A stretch of DNA of 64,000 nucleotides from assembly GCA_032718475.1 (NCBI GenBank), contig JAUCBJ010005143.1, positions 37,443 to 101,442 of the forward strand, read 5' to 3'. Below are positions 14,901 through 29,900 of the stretch, one piece after another. Below the pieces are notes generated by a model, which was not told the origin of the DNA, made no database searches, and was given only the letters and a program-made list of their open reading frames with translations. The position numbers and the translations under genes are program-made. Each line of letters opens with the position of its first letter. Positions within the stretch are counted from its first letter, which is position 1. Source of the DNA: Nemertoderma westbladi. Its lineage: Eukaryota > Animalia > Xenacoelomorpha.

Positions 14901-17900
14901 ATCTTGTTGGTCCCTGTTCTCTGGACCGTAGCTCAGGTGACCTTCCCGTTGCCTTGCCGTCTCGTTGGTCCCTGTCCTCTGGACCGTAGCTCAGGTGACC
15001 TTCCCGTTGCCTTACCATCTTGTTGGTCCCTGTTCTCTGGACCGTAGCTCAGGTGACCTTCCCGTTGCCTTGCCGTCTCGTTGGTCCCTGTTCTCTGGAC
15101 CGTAGCTCAGGTGACCTTCCCGTTGCCTTACCATCTTGTTGGTCCCTGTTCTCTGGACCGTAGCTCAGGTGACCTTCCCGTTGCCTTGCCGTCTCGTTGG
15201 TCCCTGTTCTCTGGACCGTAGCTCTGGTGACCTTCCCGTTGCCTTGCCGTCTCGTTGGTCCCTGTTCTCTGGACCGTAGCTCAGGTGACCTTCCCGTTGC
15301 CTTGCCGTCTCGTTGGTCCCTGTTCTCTGGACCGTAGCTCTGGTGACCTTCCCGTTGCCTTGCCGTCTCGTTGGTCCCTGTCCTCTGGACCGTAGCTCAG
15401 GTGACCTTCCCGTTGCCTTACCGTCTCGTTGGTCCCTGTTCTCTGGACCGTAGCTCAGGTGACCTTCCCGTTGCCTTACCATCTCGTTGGTCCCTGTTCT
15501 CTGGACCGTAGCTCAGGTGACCTTCCCGTTGCCTTGCCGTCTCGTTGGTCCCTGTCCTCTGGACCGTAGCTCAGGTGACCTTCCCGTTGCCTTACCGTCT
15601 CGTTGGTCCCTGTTCTCTGGACCGTAGCTCAGGTGACCTTCCCGTTGCCTTGCCGTCTCGTTGGTCCCTGTCCTCTGGACCGTAGCTCAGGTGACCTTCC
15701 CGTTGCCTTACCGTCTCGTTGGTCCCTGTTCTCTGGACCGTAGCTCAGGTGACCTTCCCGTTGCCTTACCGTCTCGTTGGTCGCTGTTCTCTGGACTGTA
15801 GCTCAGGTGACCTTCCCGTTGCCTTACCATCTTGTTGGTCCCTGTTCTCTGGACCGTAGCTCTGGTGACCTTCCCGTTGCCTTGCCGTCTCGTTGGTCGC
15901 TGTTCTCTGGACCGTAGCTCAGGTGACCTTCCCGTTGCCTTACCATCTTGTTGGTCCCTGTTCTCTGGACAGTAGCTCAGGTGACCTTCCCGTTGCCTTA
16001 CCGTCTCGTTGGTCCCTGTCCTCTGGACCGTAGCTCAGGTGACCTTCCCGTTGCCTTACCATCTTGTTGGTCCCTGTTCTCTGGACCGTAGCTCTGGTGA
16101 CCTTCCCGTTGCCTTGCCGTCTCGTTGGTCGCTGTTTTCTGGACCGTAGCTCTGGTGACCTTCCCGTTGCCTTGCCGTCTCGTTGGTCGCTGTTCTCTGG
16201 ACCGTAGCTCAGGTGACCTTCCCGTTGCCTTGCCGTCTCGTTGGTCGCTGTTTTCTGGACCGTAGCTCTGGTGACCTTCCCGTTGCCTTGCCGTCTCGTT
16301 GGTCGCTGTTCTCTGGACCGTAGCTCAGGTGACCTTCCCGTTGCCTTACCGTCTCGTTGGTCGCTGTTCTCTGGACCGTAGCTCAGGAGACCTTCCCGTT
16401 GCCTTGCCGTCTCGTTGGTCGCTGTTTTCTGGACCGTAGCTCTGGTGACCTTCCCGTTGCCTTGCCGTCTCGTTGGTCGCTGTTCTCTGGACCGTAGCTC
16501 AGGTGACCTTCCCGTTGCCTTACCGTCTCGTTGGTCGCTGTTTTCTGGACCGTAGCTCTGGTGACCTTCCCGTTGCCTTGCCGTCTCGTTGGTCGCTGTT
16601 TTCTGGACCGTAGCTCTGGTGACCTTCCCGTTGCCTTGCCGTCTCGTTGGTCGCTGTTCTCTGGACCGTAGCTCAGGTGACCTTCCCGTTGCCTTACCGT
16701 CTCGTTGGTCGCTGTTTTCTGGACCGTAGCTCTGGTGACCTTCCCGTTGCCTTGCCGTCTCGTTGGTCGCTGTTCTCTGGACCGTAGCTCAGGTGACCTT
16801 CCCGTTGCCTTACCATCTTGTTGGTCCCTGTTCTCTGGACCGTAGCTCAGGAGACCTTCCCGTTGCCTTGCCGTCTCGTTGGTCCCTGTTTTCTGGACCG
16901 TAGCTCTGGTGACCTTCCCGTTGCCTTGCCGTCTCGTTGGTCGCTGTTTTCTGGACCGTAGCTCTGGTGACCTTCCCGTTGCCTTGCCGTCTCGTTGGTC
17001 GCTGTTCTCTGGACCGTAGCTCAGGTGACCTTCCCGTTGCCTTGCCGTCTCGTTGGTCGCTGTTTTCTGGACCGTAGCTCAGGTGACCTTCCCGTTGCCT
17101 TGCCGTCTCGTTGGTCGCTGTTTTCTGGACCGTAGCTCAGGTGACCTTCCCGTTGCCTTACCATCTTGTTGGTCCCTGTTCTCTGGACCGTAGCTCAGGA
17201 GACCTTCCCGTTGCCTTGCCGTCTCGTTGGTCGCTGTTCTCTGGACCGTAGCTCAGGTGACCTTCCCGTTGCCTTACCGTCTCGTTGGTCCCTGTTCTCT
17301 GGACCGTAGCTCAGGTGACCTTCCCGTTGCCTTGCCGTCTCGTTGGTCCCTGTCCTCTGGACCGTAGCTCAGGTGACCTTCCCGTTGCCTTACCGTCTCG
17401 TTGGTCCCTGTTCTCTGGACCGTAGCTCAGGTGACCTTCCCGTTGCCTTACCGTCTCGTTGGTCCCTGTTCTCTGGACCGTAGCTCAGGTGACCTTCCCG
17501 TTGCCTTACCGTCTCGTTGGTCCCTGTTCTCTGGACCGTAGCTCAGGTGACCTTCCCGTTGCCTTACCGTCTCGTTGGTCCCTGTTCTCTGGACCGTAGC
17601 TCAGGTGACCTTCCCGTTGCCTTACCGTCTCGTTGGTCCCTGTTCTCTGGACCGTAGCTCAGGTGACCTTCCCGTTGCCTTGTCGTCTCGTTGGTCCCTG
17701 TTCTCTGGACCGTAGCTCAGGTGACCTTCCCGTTGCCTTGCCGTCTCGTTGGTCGCTGTTCTCTGGACCGTAGCTCAGGTGACCTTCCCGTTGCCTTACC
17801 GTCTCGTTGGTCCCTGTTCTCTGGACCGTAGCTCAGGAGACCTTCCCGTTGCCTTACCGTCCCGTTGGTCCCTGTTCTCTGGACCGTAGCTCAGGAGACC

Positions 17901-20900
17901 TTCCCGTTGCCTTGCCGTCTCGTTGGTCCCTGTTCTCTGGACCGTAGCTCAGGTGACCTTCCCGTTGCCTTACCGTCTCGTTGGTCCCTGTTCTCTGGAC
18001 CGTAGCTCAGGTGACCTTCCCGTTGCCTTACCGTCTCGTTGGTCCCTGTTCTCTGGACCGTAGCTCAGGTGACCTTCCCGTTGCCTTGCCGTCTCGTTGG
18101 TCCCTGTTCTCTGGACCGTAGCTCAGGTGACCTTCCCGTTGCCTTACCGTCTCGTTGGTCCCTGTTCTCTGGACCGTAGCTCAGGTGACCTTCCCGTTGC
18201 CTTGCCGTCTCGTTGGTCCCTGTTCTCTGGACCGTAGCTCTGGTTACCTTCCCGTTGCCTTGCCGTCTCGTTGGTCCCTGTTCTCTGGACCGTAGCTCAG
18301 ATGACCTTCCCGTTGCCTTGCCTTCTCGTTGGTCGCTGTTCTCTGGACCGTAGCTCATGTGACCTTCCCGTTGCCTTGCCGTCTCGTTGGTCCCTGTTCT
18401 CTGGATGGTAGCTCAGGTGACCTTCCCGTTGCCTTACCGTCTCGTTGGTCCCTGTTCTCTGGACCGTAGCTCAGGTGACCTTCCCGTTGCCTTACCGTCT
18501 CGTTGGTCCCTGTTCTCTGGACCGTAGCTCAGGTGACCTTCCCGTTGCCTTACCGTCTCGTTGGTCCCTGTTCTCTGGACCGTAGCTCAGGTGACCTTCC
18601 CGTTGCCTTGCCGTCTCGTTGGTCCCTGTTCTCTGGACCGTAGCTCAGGTGACCTTCCCGTTGCCTTACCGTCTCGTTGGTCCTTGTTCTCTGGACCATA
18701 GCTCAGGTGACCTTCCCGTTGCTTTACCGTCTCGTTGGTCCCTGTTCTCTGGACCGTAGCTCAGGTGACCTTCCCGTTGCCTTGCCGTCTCGTTGGTCCC
18801 TGTTCTCTGGACCGTAGCTCAGGTGACCTTCCCGTTGCCTTACCGTCTCGTTGGTCCCTGTTCTCTGGACCGTAGCTCAGGTGACCTTCCCGTTGCCTTA
18901 CCGTCTCGTTGGTCGCTGTTCTCTGGACCGTAGCTCAGGTGACCTTCCCGTTGCCTTACCGTCTCGTTGGTCGCTGTTCTCTGGACCGTAGCTCAGGTGA
19001 CCTTCCCGTTGCCTTGCCGTCTCGTTGGTCCCTGTTCTCTGGACCGTAGCTCAGGTGACCTTCCCGTTGCCTTACCGTCTCGTTGGTCCCTGTTCTCTGG
19101 ACCGTAGCTCAGGTGACCTTCCCGTTGCCTTACCGTCTCGTTGGTCGCTGTTCTCTGGACCGTAGCTCAGGTGACCTTCCCGTTGCCTTACCGTCTCGTT
19201 GGTCGCTGTTCTCTGGATGGTAGCTCAGGTGACCTTCCCGTTGCCTTACCGTCTCGTTGGTCCCTGTTCTCTGGACCGTAGCTCAGGTGACCTTCCCGTT
19301 GCCTTACCGTCTCGTTGGTCCCTGTTCTCTGGACCGTAGCTCAGGTGACCTTCCCGTTGCCTTACCGTCTCGTTGGTCGCTGTTCTCTGGACCGTAGCTC
19401 AGGTGACCTTCCCGTTGCCTTACCGTCTCGTTGGTCCCTGTTCTCTGGACCGTAGCTCAGGTGACCTTCCCGTTGCCTTACCGTCTCGTTGGTCGCTGTT
19501 CTCTGGACCGTAGCTCAGGTGACCTTCCCGTTGCCTTACCGTCTCGTTGGTCCCTGTTCTCTGGACCGTAGCTCAGGTGACCTTCCCGTTGCCTTACCGT
19601 CTCGTTGGTCCCTGTTCTCTGGACCGTAGCTCAGGTGACCTTCCCGTTGCCTTACCGTCTCGTTGGTCCCTGTTCTCTGGACCGTAGCTCAGGTGACCTT
19701 CCCGTTGCCTTACCGTCTCGTTGGTCCCTGTTCTCTGGACCGTAGCTCAGGTGACCTTCCCGTTGCCTTACCGTCTCGTTGGTCGCTGTTCTCTGGACCG
19801 TAGCTCAGGTGACCTTCCCGTTGCCTTACCGTCTCGTTGGTCCCTGTTCTCTGGACCGTAGCTCAGGTGACCTTCCCGTTGCCTTACCGTCTCGTTGGTC
19901 GCTGTTCTCTGGACCGTAGCTCAGGTGACCTTCCCGTTGCCTTACCGTCTCGTTGGTCGCTGTTCTCTGGACCGTAGCTCAGGTGACCTTCCCGTTGCCT
20001 TACCGTCTCGTTGGTCCCTGTTCTCTGGACCGTAGCTCAGGTGACCTTCCCGTTGCCTTACCGTCTCGTTGGTCCCTGTTCTCTGGACCGTAGCTCAGGT
20101 GACCTTCCCGTTGCCTTACCGTCTCGTTGGTCGCTGTTCTCTGGACCGTAGCTCAGGTGACCTTCCCGTTGCCTTACCGTCTCGTTGGTCGCTGTTCTCT
20201 GGACCGTAGCTCAGGTGACCTTCCCGTTGCCTTACCGTCTCGTTGGTCCCTGTTCTCTGGACCGTAGCTCAGGTGACCTTCCCGTTGCCTTACCGTCTCG
20301 TTGGTCCCTGTTCTCTGGACCGTAGCTCAGGTGACCTTCCCGTTGCCTTACCGTCTCGTTGGTCGCTGTTCTCTGGATGGTAGCTCAGGTGACCTTCCCG
20401 TTGCCTTGCCGTCTCGTTGGTCCCTGTTCTCTGGACCGTAGCTCAGGTGACCTTCCCGTTGCCTTACCGTCTCGTTGGTCCCTGTTCTCTGGACCGTAGC
20501 TCAGGTGACCTTCCCGTTGCCTTACCGTCTCGTTGGTCGCTGTTCTCTGGACCGTAGCTCAGGTGACCTTCCCGTTGCCTTGCCGTCTCGTTGGTCCCTG
20601 TTCTCTGGACCGTAGCTCAGGTGACCTTCCCGTTGCCTTACCGTCTCGTTGGTCGCTGTTCTTTGGATGGTAGCTCAGGTGACCTTCCCGTTGCCTTACC
20701 GTCTCGTTGGTCCCTGTTCTCTGGACCGTAGCTCAGGTGACCTTCCCGTTGCCTTACCGTCTCGTTGGTCCCTGTTCTCTGGACCGTAGCTCAGGTGACC
20801 TTCCCGTTGCCTTACCGTCTCGTTGGTCGCTGTTCTCTGGATGGTAGCTCAGGTGACCTTCCCGTTGCCTTACCGTCTCGTTGGTCCCTGTTCTCTGGAC

Positions 20901-23900
20901 CGTAGCTCAGGTGACCTTCCCGTTGCCTTACCGTCTCGTTGGTCCCTGTTCTCTGGACCGTAGCTCAGGTGACCTTCCCGTTGCCTTACCGTCTCGTTGG
21001 TCCCTGTTCTCTGGACCGTAGCTCAGGTGACCTTCCCGTTGCCTTACCGTCTCGTTGGTCGCTGTTCTCTGGACCGTAGCTCAGGTGACCTTCCCGTTGC
21101 CTTACCGTCTCGTTGGTCGCTGTTCTCTGGATGGTAGCTCAGGTGACCTTCCCGTTGCCTTACCGTCTCGTTGGTCCCTGTTCTCTGGACCGTAGCTCAG
21201 GTGACCTTCCCGTTGCCTTACCGTCTCGTTGGTCCCTGTTCTCTGGACCGTAGCTCAGGTGACCTTCCCGTTGCCTTACCGTCTCGTTGGTCGCTGTTCT
21301 CTGGACCGTAGCTCAGGTGACCTTCCCGTTGCCTTGCCGTCTCGTTGGTCCCTGTTCTCTGGACCGTAGCTCAGGTGACCTTCCCGTTGCCTTACCGTCT
21401 CGTTGGTCGCTGTTCTCTGGATGGTAGCTCAGGTGACCTTCCCGTTGCCTTACCGTCTCGTTGGTCCCTGTTCTCTGGACCGTAGCTCAGGTGACCTTCC
21501 CGTTGCCTTACCGTCTCGTTGGTCCCTGTTCTCTGGACCGTAGCTCAGGTGACCTTCCCGTTGCCTTACCGTCTCGTTGGTCGCTGTTCTCTGGATGGTA
21601 GCTCAGGTGACCTTCCCGTTGCCTTACCGTCTCGTTGGTCCCTGTTCTCTGGACCGTAGCTCAGGTGACCTTCCCGTTGCCTTACCGTCTCGTTGGTCCC
21701 TGTTCTCTGGACCGTAGCTCAGGTGACCTTCCCGTTGCCTTATCGTCTCGTTGGTCCCTGTTCTCTGGACCGTAGCTCAGGTGACCTTCCCGTTGCCTTA
21801 CCGTCTCGTAGGTCCCTGTTCTCTGGACCGTAGCTCATGTGACCTTCCCGTTGCCTTGCCTTCTCGTTGGTCGCTGTTCTCTGGACCGTAGCTCAGGTGA
21901 CCTTCCCGTTGCCTTGCCGTCTCGTTGGTCCCTGTTCTCTGCACCGTAGCTCATGTGACCTTCCCGTTGCCTTGCCTTCTCGTTGGTCGCTGTTCTCTGG
22001 ACCGTAGCTCAGGTGACCTTCCCGTTGCCTTGCCGTCTCGTTGGTCCCTGTTCTCTGGACCGTAGCTCAGGTGACCTTCCCGTTGCCTTGCCTTCTCGTT
22101 GGTCGCTGTTCTCTGGACCGTAGCTCAGATGACCTTCCCGTTGCCTTGCCGTCTCGTTGGTCCCTGTTCTCTGGACCGTAGCTCAGGTGACCTTCCCGTT
22201 GCCTTGCCTTCTCGTTGGTCGCTGTTCTCTGGACCGTAGCTCATGTGACCTTCCCGTTGCCTTGCCTTCTCGTTGGTCGCTGTTCTCTGGACCGTAGCTC
22301 AGGTGACCTTCCCGTTGCCTTGCCGTCTCGTTGGTCCCTGTTCTCTGGACCGTAGCTCAGGTGACCTTCCCGTTGCCTTACCGTCTCGTTGGTCCCTGTT
22401 CTCTGGACCGTAGCTCAGGTGACCTTCCCGTTGCCTTACCGTCTCGTTGGTCGCTGTTCTCTGGACCGTAGCTCATGTGACCTTCCCGTTGCCTTACCGT
22501 CTCGTTGGTCCCTGTTCTCTGGACCGTAGCTCAGGTGACCTTCCCGTTGCCTTGCCGTCTCGTTGGTCCTTGTTCTCTGGACCGTAGCTCAGGTGACCTT
22601 CCCGTTGCCTTACCGTCTCGTTGGTCGCTGTTCTCTGGACCGTAGCTCATGTGACCTTCCCGTTGCCTTACCGTCTCGTTGGTCGCTGTTCTCTGGACCG
22701 TAGCTCAGGTGACCTTCCCGTTGCCTTACCGTCTCGTTGGTCCTTGTTCTCTGGACCGTAGCTCAGGTGACCTTCCCGTTGCCTTACCGTCTCGTTGGTC
22801 CCTGTTCTCTGGACCGTAGCTCAGGTGACCTTCCCGTTGCCTTGCCGTCTCGTTGGTCCCTGTTCTCTGGACCGTAGCTCAGGTGACCTTCCCGTTGCCT
22901 TACCGTCTCGTTGGTCCCTGTTCTCTGGACCGTAGCTCAGGTGACCTTCCCGTTGCCTTACCGTCTCGTTGGTCGCTGTTCTCTGGACCGTAGCTCAGGT
23001 GACCTTCCCGTTGCCTTACCGTCTCGTTGGTCGCTGTTCTCTGGACCGTAGCTCAGGTGACCTTCCCGTTGCCTTGCCGTCTCGTTGGTCCCTGTTCTCT
23101 GGACCGTAGCTCAGGTGACCTTCCCGTTGCCTTACCGTCTCGTTGGTCCCTGTTCTCTGGACCGTAGCTCAGGTGACCTTCCCGTTGCCTTACCGTCTCG
23201 TTGGTCGCTGTTCTCTGGACCGTAGCTCAGGTGACCTTCCCGTTGCCTTACCGTCTCGTTGGTCGCTGTTCTCTGGATGGTAGCTCAGGTGACCTTCCCG
23301 TTGCCTTACCGTCTCGTTGGTCCCTGTTCTCTGGACCGTAGCTCAGGTGACCTTCCCGTTGCCTTACCGTCTCGTTGGTCCCTGTTCTCTGGACCGTAGC
23401 TCAGGTGACCTTCCCGTTGCCTTACCGTCTCGTTGGTCGCTGTTCTCTGGACCGTAGCTCAGGTGACCTTCCCGTTGCCTTACCGTCTCGTTGGTCCCTG
23501 TTCTCTGGACCGTAGCTCAGGTGACCTTCCCGTTGCCTTACCGTCTCGTTGGTCGCTGTTCTCTGGACCGTAGCTCAGGTGACCTTCCCGTTGCCTTACC
23601 GTCTCGTTGGTCCCTGTTCTCTGGACCGTAGCTCAGGTGACCTTCCCGTTGCCTTACCGTCTCGTTGGTCCCTGTTCTCTGGACCGTAGCTCAGGTGACC
23701 TTCCCGTTGCCTTACCGTCTCGTTGGTCCCTGTTCTCTGGACCGTAGCTCAGGTGACCTTCCCGTTGCCTTACCGTCTCGTTGGTCCCTGTTCTCTGGAC
23801 CGTAGCTCAGGTGACCTTCCCGTTGCCTTACCGTCTCGTTGGTCGCTGTTCTCTGGACCGTAGCTCAGGTGACCTTCCCGTTGCCTTACCGTCTCGTTGG

Positions 23901-26900
23901 TCCCTGTTCTCTGGACCGTAGCTCAGGTGAACTTCCCGTTGCCTTACCGTCTCGTTGGTCGCTGTTCTCTGGACCGTAGCTCAGGTGACCTTCCCGTTGC
24001 CTTACCGTCTCGTTGGTCGCTGTTCTCTGGACCGTAGCTCAGGTGACCTTCCCGTTGCCTTACCGTCTCGTTGGTCCCTGTTCTCTGGACCGTAGCTCAG
24101 GTGACCTTCCCGTTGCCTTACCGTCTCGTTGGTCCCTGTTCTCTGGACCGTAGCTCAGGTGACCTTCCCGTTGCCTTACCGTCTCGTTGGTCGCTGTTCT
24201 CTGGACCGTAGCTCAGGTGACCTTCCCGTTGCCTTACCGTCTCGTTGGTCGCTGTTCTCTGGACCGTAGCTCAGGTGACCTTCCCGTTGCCTTACCGTCT
24301 CGTTGGTCCCTGTTCTCTGGACCGTAGCTCAGGTGACCTTCCCGTTGCCTTACCGTCTCGTTGGTCCCTGTTCTCTGGACCGTAGCTCAGGTGACCTTCC
24401 CGTTGCCTTACCGTCTCGTTGGTCGCTGTTCTCTGGATGGTAGCTCAGGTGACCTTCCCGTTGCCTTGCCGTCTCGTTGGTCCCTGTTCTCTGGACCGTA
24501 GCTCAGGTGACCTTCCCGTTGCCTTACCGTCTCGTTGGTCCCTGTTCTCTGGACCGTAGCTCAGGTGACCTTCCCGTTGCCTTACCGTCTCGTTGGTCGC
24601 TGTTCTCTGGACCGTAGCTCAGGTGACCTTCCCGTTGCCTTGCCGTCTCGTTGGTCCCTGTTCTCTGGACCGTAGCTCAGGTGACCTTCCCGTTGCCTTA
24701 CCGTCTCGTTGGTCGCTGTTCTTTGGATGGTAGCTCAGGTGACCTTCCCGTTGCCTTACCGTCTCGTTGGTCCCTGTTCTCTGGACCGTAGCTCAGGTGA
24801 CCTTCCCGTTGCCTTACCGTCTCGTTGGTCCCTGTTCTCTGGACCGTAGCTCAGGTGACCTTCCCGTTGCCTTACCGTCTCGTTGGTCGCTGTTCTCTGG
24901 ATGGTAGCTCAGGTGACCTTCCCGTTGCCTTACCGTCTCGTTGGTCCCTGTTCTCTGGACCGTAGCTCAGGTGACCTTCCCGTTGCCTTACCGTCTCGTT
25001 GGTCCCTGTTCTCTGGACCGTAGCTCAGGTGACCTTCCCGTTGCCTTACCGTCTCGTTGGTCCCTGTTCTCTGGACCGTAGCTCAGGTGACCTTCCCGTT
25101 GCCTTACCGTCTCGTTGGTCGCTGTTCTCTGGACCGTAGCTCAGGTGACCTTCCCGTTGCCTTACCGTCTCGTTGGTCGCTGTTCTCTGGATGGTAGCTC
25201 AGGTGACCTTCCCGTTGCCTTACCGTCTCGTTGGTCCCTGTTCTCTGGACCGTAGCTCAGGTGACCTTCCCGTTGCCTTACCGTCTCGTTGGTCCCTGTT
25301 CTCTGGACCGTAGCTCAGGTGACCTTCCCGTTGCCTTACCGTCTCGTTGGTCGCTGTTCTCTGGACCGTAGCTCAGGTGACCTTCCCGTTGCCTTGCCGT
25401 CTCGTTGGTCCCTGTTCTCTGGACCGTAGCTCAGGTGACCTTCCCGTTGCCTTACCGTCTCGTTGGTCGCTGTTCTCTGGATGGTAGCTCAGGTGACCTT
25501 CCCGTTGCCTTACCGTCTCGTTGGTCCCTGTTCTCTGGACCGTAGCTCAGGTGACCTTCCCGTTGCCTTACCGTCTCGTTGGTCCCTGTTCTCTGGACCG
25601 TAGCTCAGGTGACCTTCCCGTTGCCTTACCGTCTCGTTGGTCGCTGTTCTCTGGATGGTAGCTCAGGTGACCTTCCCGTTGCCTTACCGTCTCGTTGGTC
25701 CCTGTTCTCTGGACCGTAGCTCAGGTGACCTTCCCGTTGCCTTACCGTCTCGTTGGTCCCTGTTCTCTGGACCGTAGCTCAGGTGACCTTCCCGTTGCCT
25801 TATCGTCTCGTTGGTCCCTGTTCTCTGGACCGTAGCTCAGGTGACCTTCCCGTTGCCTTACCGTCTCGTAGGTCCCTGTTCTCTGGACCGTAGCTCATGT
25901 GACCTTCCCGTTGCCTTGCCGTCTCGTTGGTCCCTGTTCTCTGCACCGTAGCTCATGTGACCTTCCCGTTGCCTTGCCTTCTCGTTGGTCGCTGTTCTCT
26001 GGACCGTAGCTCAGGTGACCTTCCCGTTGCCTTTCCGTCTCGTTGGTCCCTGTTCTCTGGACCGTAGCTCAGGTGACCTTCCCGTTGCCTTGCCTTCTCG
26101 TTGGTCGCTGTTCTCTGGACCGTAGCTCAGGTGACCTTCCCGTTGCCTTGCCGTCTCGTTGGTCCCTGTTCTCTGCACCGTAGCTCATGTGACCTTCCCG
26201 TTGCCTTGCCTTCTCGTTGGTCGCTGTTCTCTGGACCGTAGCTCAGGTGACCTTCCCGTTGCCTTGCCGTCTCGTTGGTCCCTGTTCTCTGGACCGTAGC
26301 TCAGGTGACCTTCCCGTTGCCTTGCCTTCTCGTTGGTCGCTGTTCTCTGGACCGTAGCTCAGATGACCTTCCCGTTGCCTTGCCGTCTCGTTGGTCCCTG
26401 TTCTCTGGACCGTAGCTCAGGTGACCTTCCCGTTGCCTTGCCTTCTCGTTGGTCGCTGTTCTCTGGACCATAGCTCATGTGACCTTCCCGTTGCCTTGCC
26501 TTCTCGTTGGTCGCTGTTCTCTGGACCGTAGCTCAGGTGACCTTCCCGTTGCCTTGCCGTCTCGTTGGTCCCTGTTCTCTGGACCGTAGCTCAGGTGACC
26601 TTCCCGTTGCCTTACCGTCTCGTTGGTCCCTGTTCTCTGGACCGTAGCTCAGGTGACCTTCCCGTTGCCTTACCGTCTCGTTGGTCGCTGTTCTCTGGAC
26701 CGTAGCTCATGTGACCTTCCCGTTGCCTTACCGTCTCGTTGGTCCCTGTTCTCTGGACCGTAGCTCAGGTGACCTTCCCGTTGCCTTGCCGTCTCGTTGG
26801 TCCTTGTTCTCTGGACCGTAGCTCAGGTGACCTTCCCGTTGCCTTACCGTCTCGTTGGTCGCTGTTCTCTGGACCGTAGCTCATGTGACCTTCCCGTTGC

Positions 26901-29900
26901 CTTACCGTCTCGTTGGTCGCTGTTCTCTGGACCGTAGCTCAGGTGACCTTCCCGTTGCCTTACCGTCTCGTTGGTCGCTGTTCTCTGGACCGTAGCTCAT
27001 GTGACCTTCCCGTTGCCTTGCCTTCTCGTTGGTCGCTGTTCTCTGGACCGTAGCTCAGGTGACCTTCCCGTTGCCTTGCCGTCTCGTTGGTCCCTGTTCT
27101 CTGGACCGTAGCTCAGGTGACCTTCCCGTTGCCTTACCGTCTCGTTGGTCCCTGTTCTCTGGACCGTAGCTCAGGTGACCTTCCCGTTGCCTTACCGTCT
27201 CGTTGGTCGCTGTTCTCTGGACCGTAGCTCATGTGACCTTCCCGTTGCCTTACCGTCTCGTTGGTCCCTGTTCTCTGGACCGTAGCTCAGGTGACCTTCC
27301 CGTTGCCTTGCCGTCTCGTTGGTCCTTGTTCTCTGGACCGTAGCTCAGGTGACCTTCCCGTTGCCTTACCGTCTCGTTGGTCGCTGTTCTCTGGACCGTA
27401 GCTCATGTGACCTTCCCGTTGCCTTACCGTCTCGTTGGTCCCTGTTCTCTGGACCGTAGCTCAAGTGACCTTTCCATTGCCTTGCCGTCTCGTTGGTCCT
27501 TGTTCTCTGGACCGTAGCTCAGGTGACCTTCCCGTTGCCTTACCGTCTCGTTGGTCCCTGTTCTCTGGACCGTAGCTCAGGTGACCTTCCCGTTGCCTTA
27601 CCGTCTCGTTGGTCGCTGTTCTCTGGACCGTAGCTCATGTGACCTTCCCGTTGCCTTACCGTCTCGTTGGTCCCTGTTCTCTGGACCGTAGCTCAAGTGA
27701 CCTTTCCATTGCCTTGCCGTCTCGTTGGTCCTTGTTCTCTGGACCGTAGCTCAGGTGACCTTCCCGTTGCCTTACCGTCTCGTTGGTCCCTGTTCTCTGG
27801 ACCGTAGCTCAAGTGACCTTTCCATTGCCTTGCCGTCTCGTTGGTCGCTGTTCTCTGGACCGTAGCTCATGTGACCTTCCCGTTGCCTTGCCTTCTCGTT
27901 GGTCGCTGTTCTCTGGACCGTAGCTCATGTGACCTTCCCGTTGCCTTGCCTTCTCGTTGGTCTCTGTTCTCTGGACCGTAGCTCAGGTGACCTTCCCATT
28001 GCCTTGCCGTCTCGTTGGTCCCTGTTCTCTGGACCGTAGCTCAGGTGACCTTCCCGTTGCCTTGCCTTCTCGTTGGTCGCTGTTCTCTGGACCGTAGCTC
28101 AGGTGACCTTCCCGTTGCCTTACCGTCTCGTTGGTCCCTGTTCTCTGGACCGTAGCTCAGGTGACCTTCCCGTTGCCTTGCCGTCTCGTTGGTCCCTGTT
28201 CTCTGGACCGTAGCTCAGGTGACCTTCCCGTTGCCTTGCCGTCTCGTTGGTCCCTGTTCTCTGGATGGTAGCTCAGGTGACCTTCCCGTTGCCTTGCCGT
28301 CTCGTTGGTCCCTGTTCTCTGGACCGTAGCTCAGGTGACCTTCCCGTTGCCTTGCCGTCTCGTTGGTCCCTGTTCTCTGGACCGTAGCTCAGGTGACCTT
28401 CCCGTTGCCTTGCCGTCTCGTTGGTCCCTGTTCTCTGGACCGTAGCTCAGGTGACCTTCCCGTTGCCTTGCCGTCTCGTTGGTCCCTGTTCTCTGGACCG
28501 TAGCTCAGGTGACCTTCCCGTTGCCTTGCCGTCTCGTTGGTCCCTGTTCTCTGGACCGTAGCTCAGGTGACCTTCCCGTTGCCTTACCGTCTCGTTGGTC
28601 CCTGTTCTCTGGACCGTAGGTCAGGTGACCTTCCCGTTGCCTTGCCGTCTCGTTGGTCCCTGTTCTCTGGACCGTAGCTCAGGTGACCTTCCCGTTGCCT
28701 TGCCGTCTCGTTGGTCCCTGTTCTCTGGACCGTAGCTCAGGTGACCTTCCCGTTGCCTTGCCGTCTCGTTGGTCCCTGTTCTCTGGACCGTAGCTCAGGT
28801 GACCTTCCCGTTGCCTTACCGTCTCGTTGGTCCCTGTTCTCTGGACCGTAGCTCAGGTGACCTTCCCGTTGCCTTGCCGTCTCGTTGGTCCCTGTTCTCT
28901 GGACCGTAGCTCAGGTGACCTTCCCGTTGCCTTACCGTCTCGTTGGTCCCTGTTCTCTGGACCGTAGCTCAGGTGACCTTCCCGTTGCCTTGCCATCTCG
29001 TTGGTCCCTGTTCTCTGGACCGTAGCTCAGGTGACCTTCCCGTTGCCTTACCGTCTCGTTGGTCCCTGTTCTCTGGACCGTAGCTCAGGTGACCTTCCCG
29101 TTGCCTTGCCGTCTCGTTGGTCCCTGTTCTCTGGACCGTAGCTCAGGTGACCTTCCCGTTGCCTTGCCGTCTCGTTGGTCCCTGTTCTCTGGACCGTAGC
29201 TCAGGTGACCTTCCCGTTGCCTTGCCATCTCGTTGGTCCCTGTTCTCTGGACCATAGCTCAGGTGACCTTCCCGTTGCCTTACCGTCTCGTTGGTCCCTG
29301 TTCTCTGGATGGTAGTTCAGGTGACCTTCCCGTTGCCTTACCGTCTCGTTGGTCCCTGTTCTCTGGACCGTAGCTCAGGTGACCTTCCCGTTGCCTTGCC
29401 GTCTCGTTGGTCCCTGTTCTCTGGACCGTAGCTCAGGTGACCTTCCCGTTGCCTTACCGTCTCGTTGGTCCCTGTTCTCTGGACCGTAGCTCAGGTGACC
29501 TTCCCGTTGCCTTACCGTCTCGTTGGTCCCTGTTCTCTGGACCGTAGCTCAGGTGACCTTCCCGTTGCCTTGCCGTCTCGTTGGTCCCTGTTCTCTGGAC
29601 CGTAGCTCAGGTGACCTTCCCGTTGCCTTGCCGTCTCGTTGGTCCCTGTTCTCTGGACCGTAGCTCAGGTGACCTTCCCGTTGCCTTGCCGTCTCGTTGG
29701 TCCCTGTTCTCTGGACCGTAGCTCAGGTGACCTTCCCGTTGCCTTGCCGTCTCGTTGGTCCCTGTTCTCTGGACGGTAGCTCAGGTGACCTTCCCGTTGC
29801 CTTGCCGTCTCGTTGGTCCCTGTTCTCTGGACCGTAGCTCAGGTGACCTTCCCGTTGCCTTGCCGTCTCGTTGGTCCCTGTTCTCTGGACCATAGCTCAG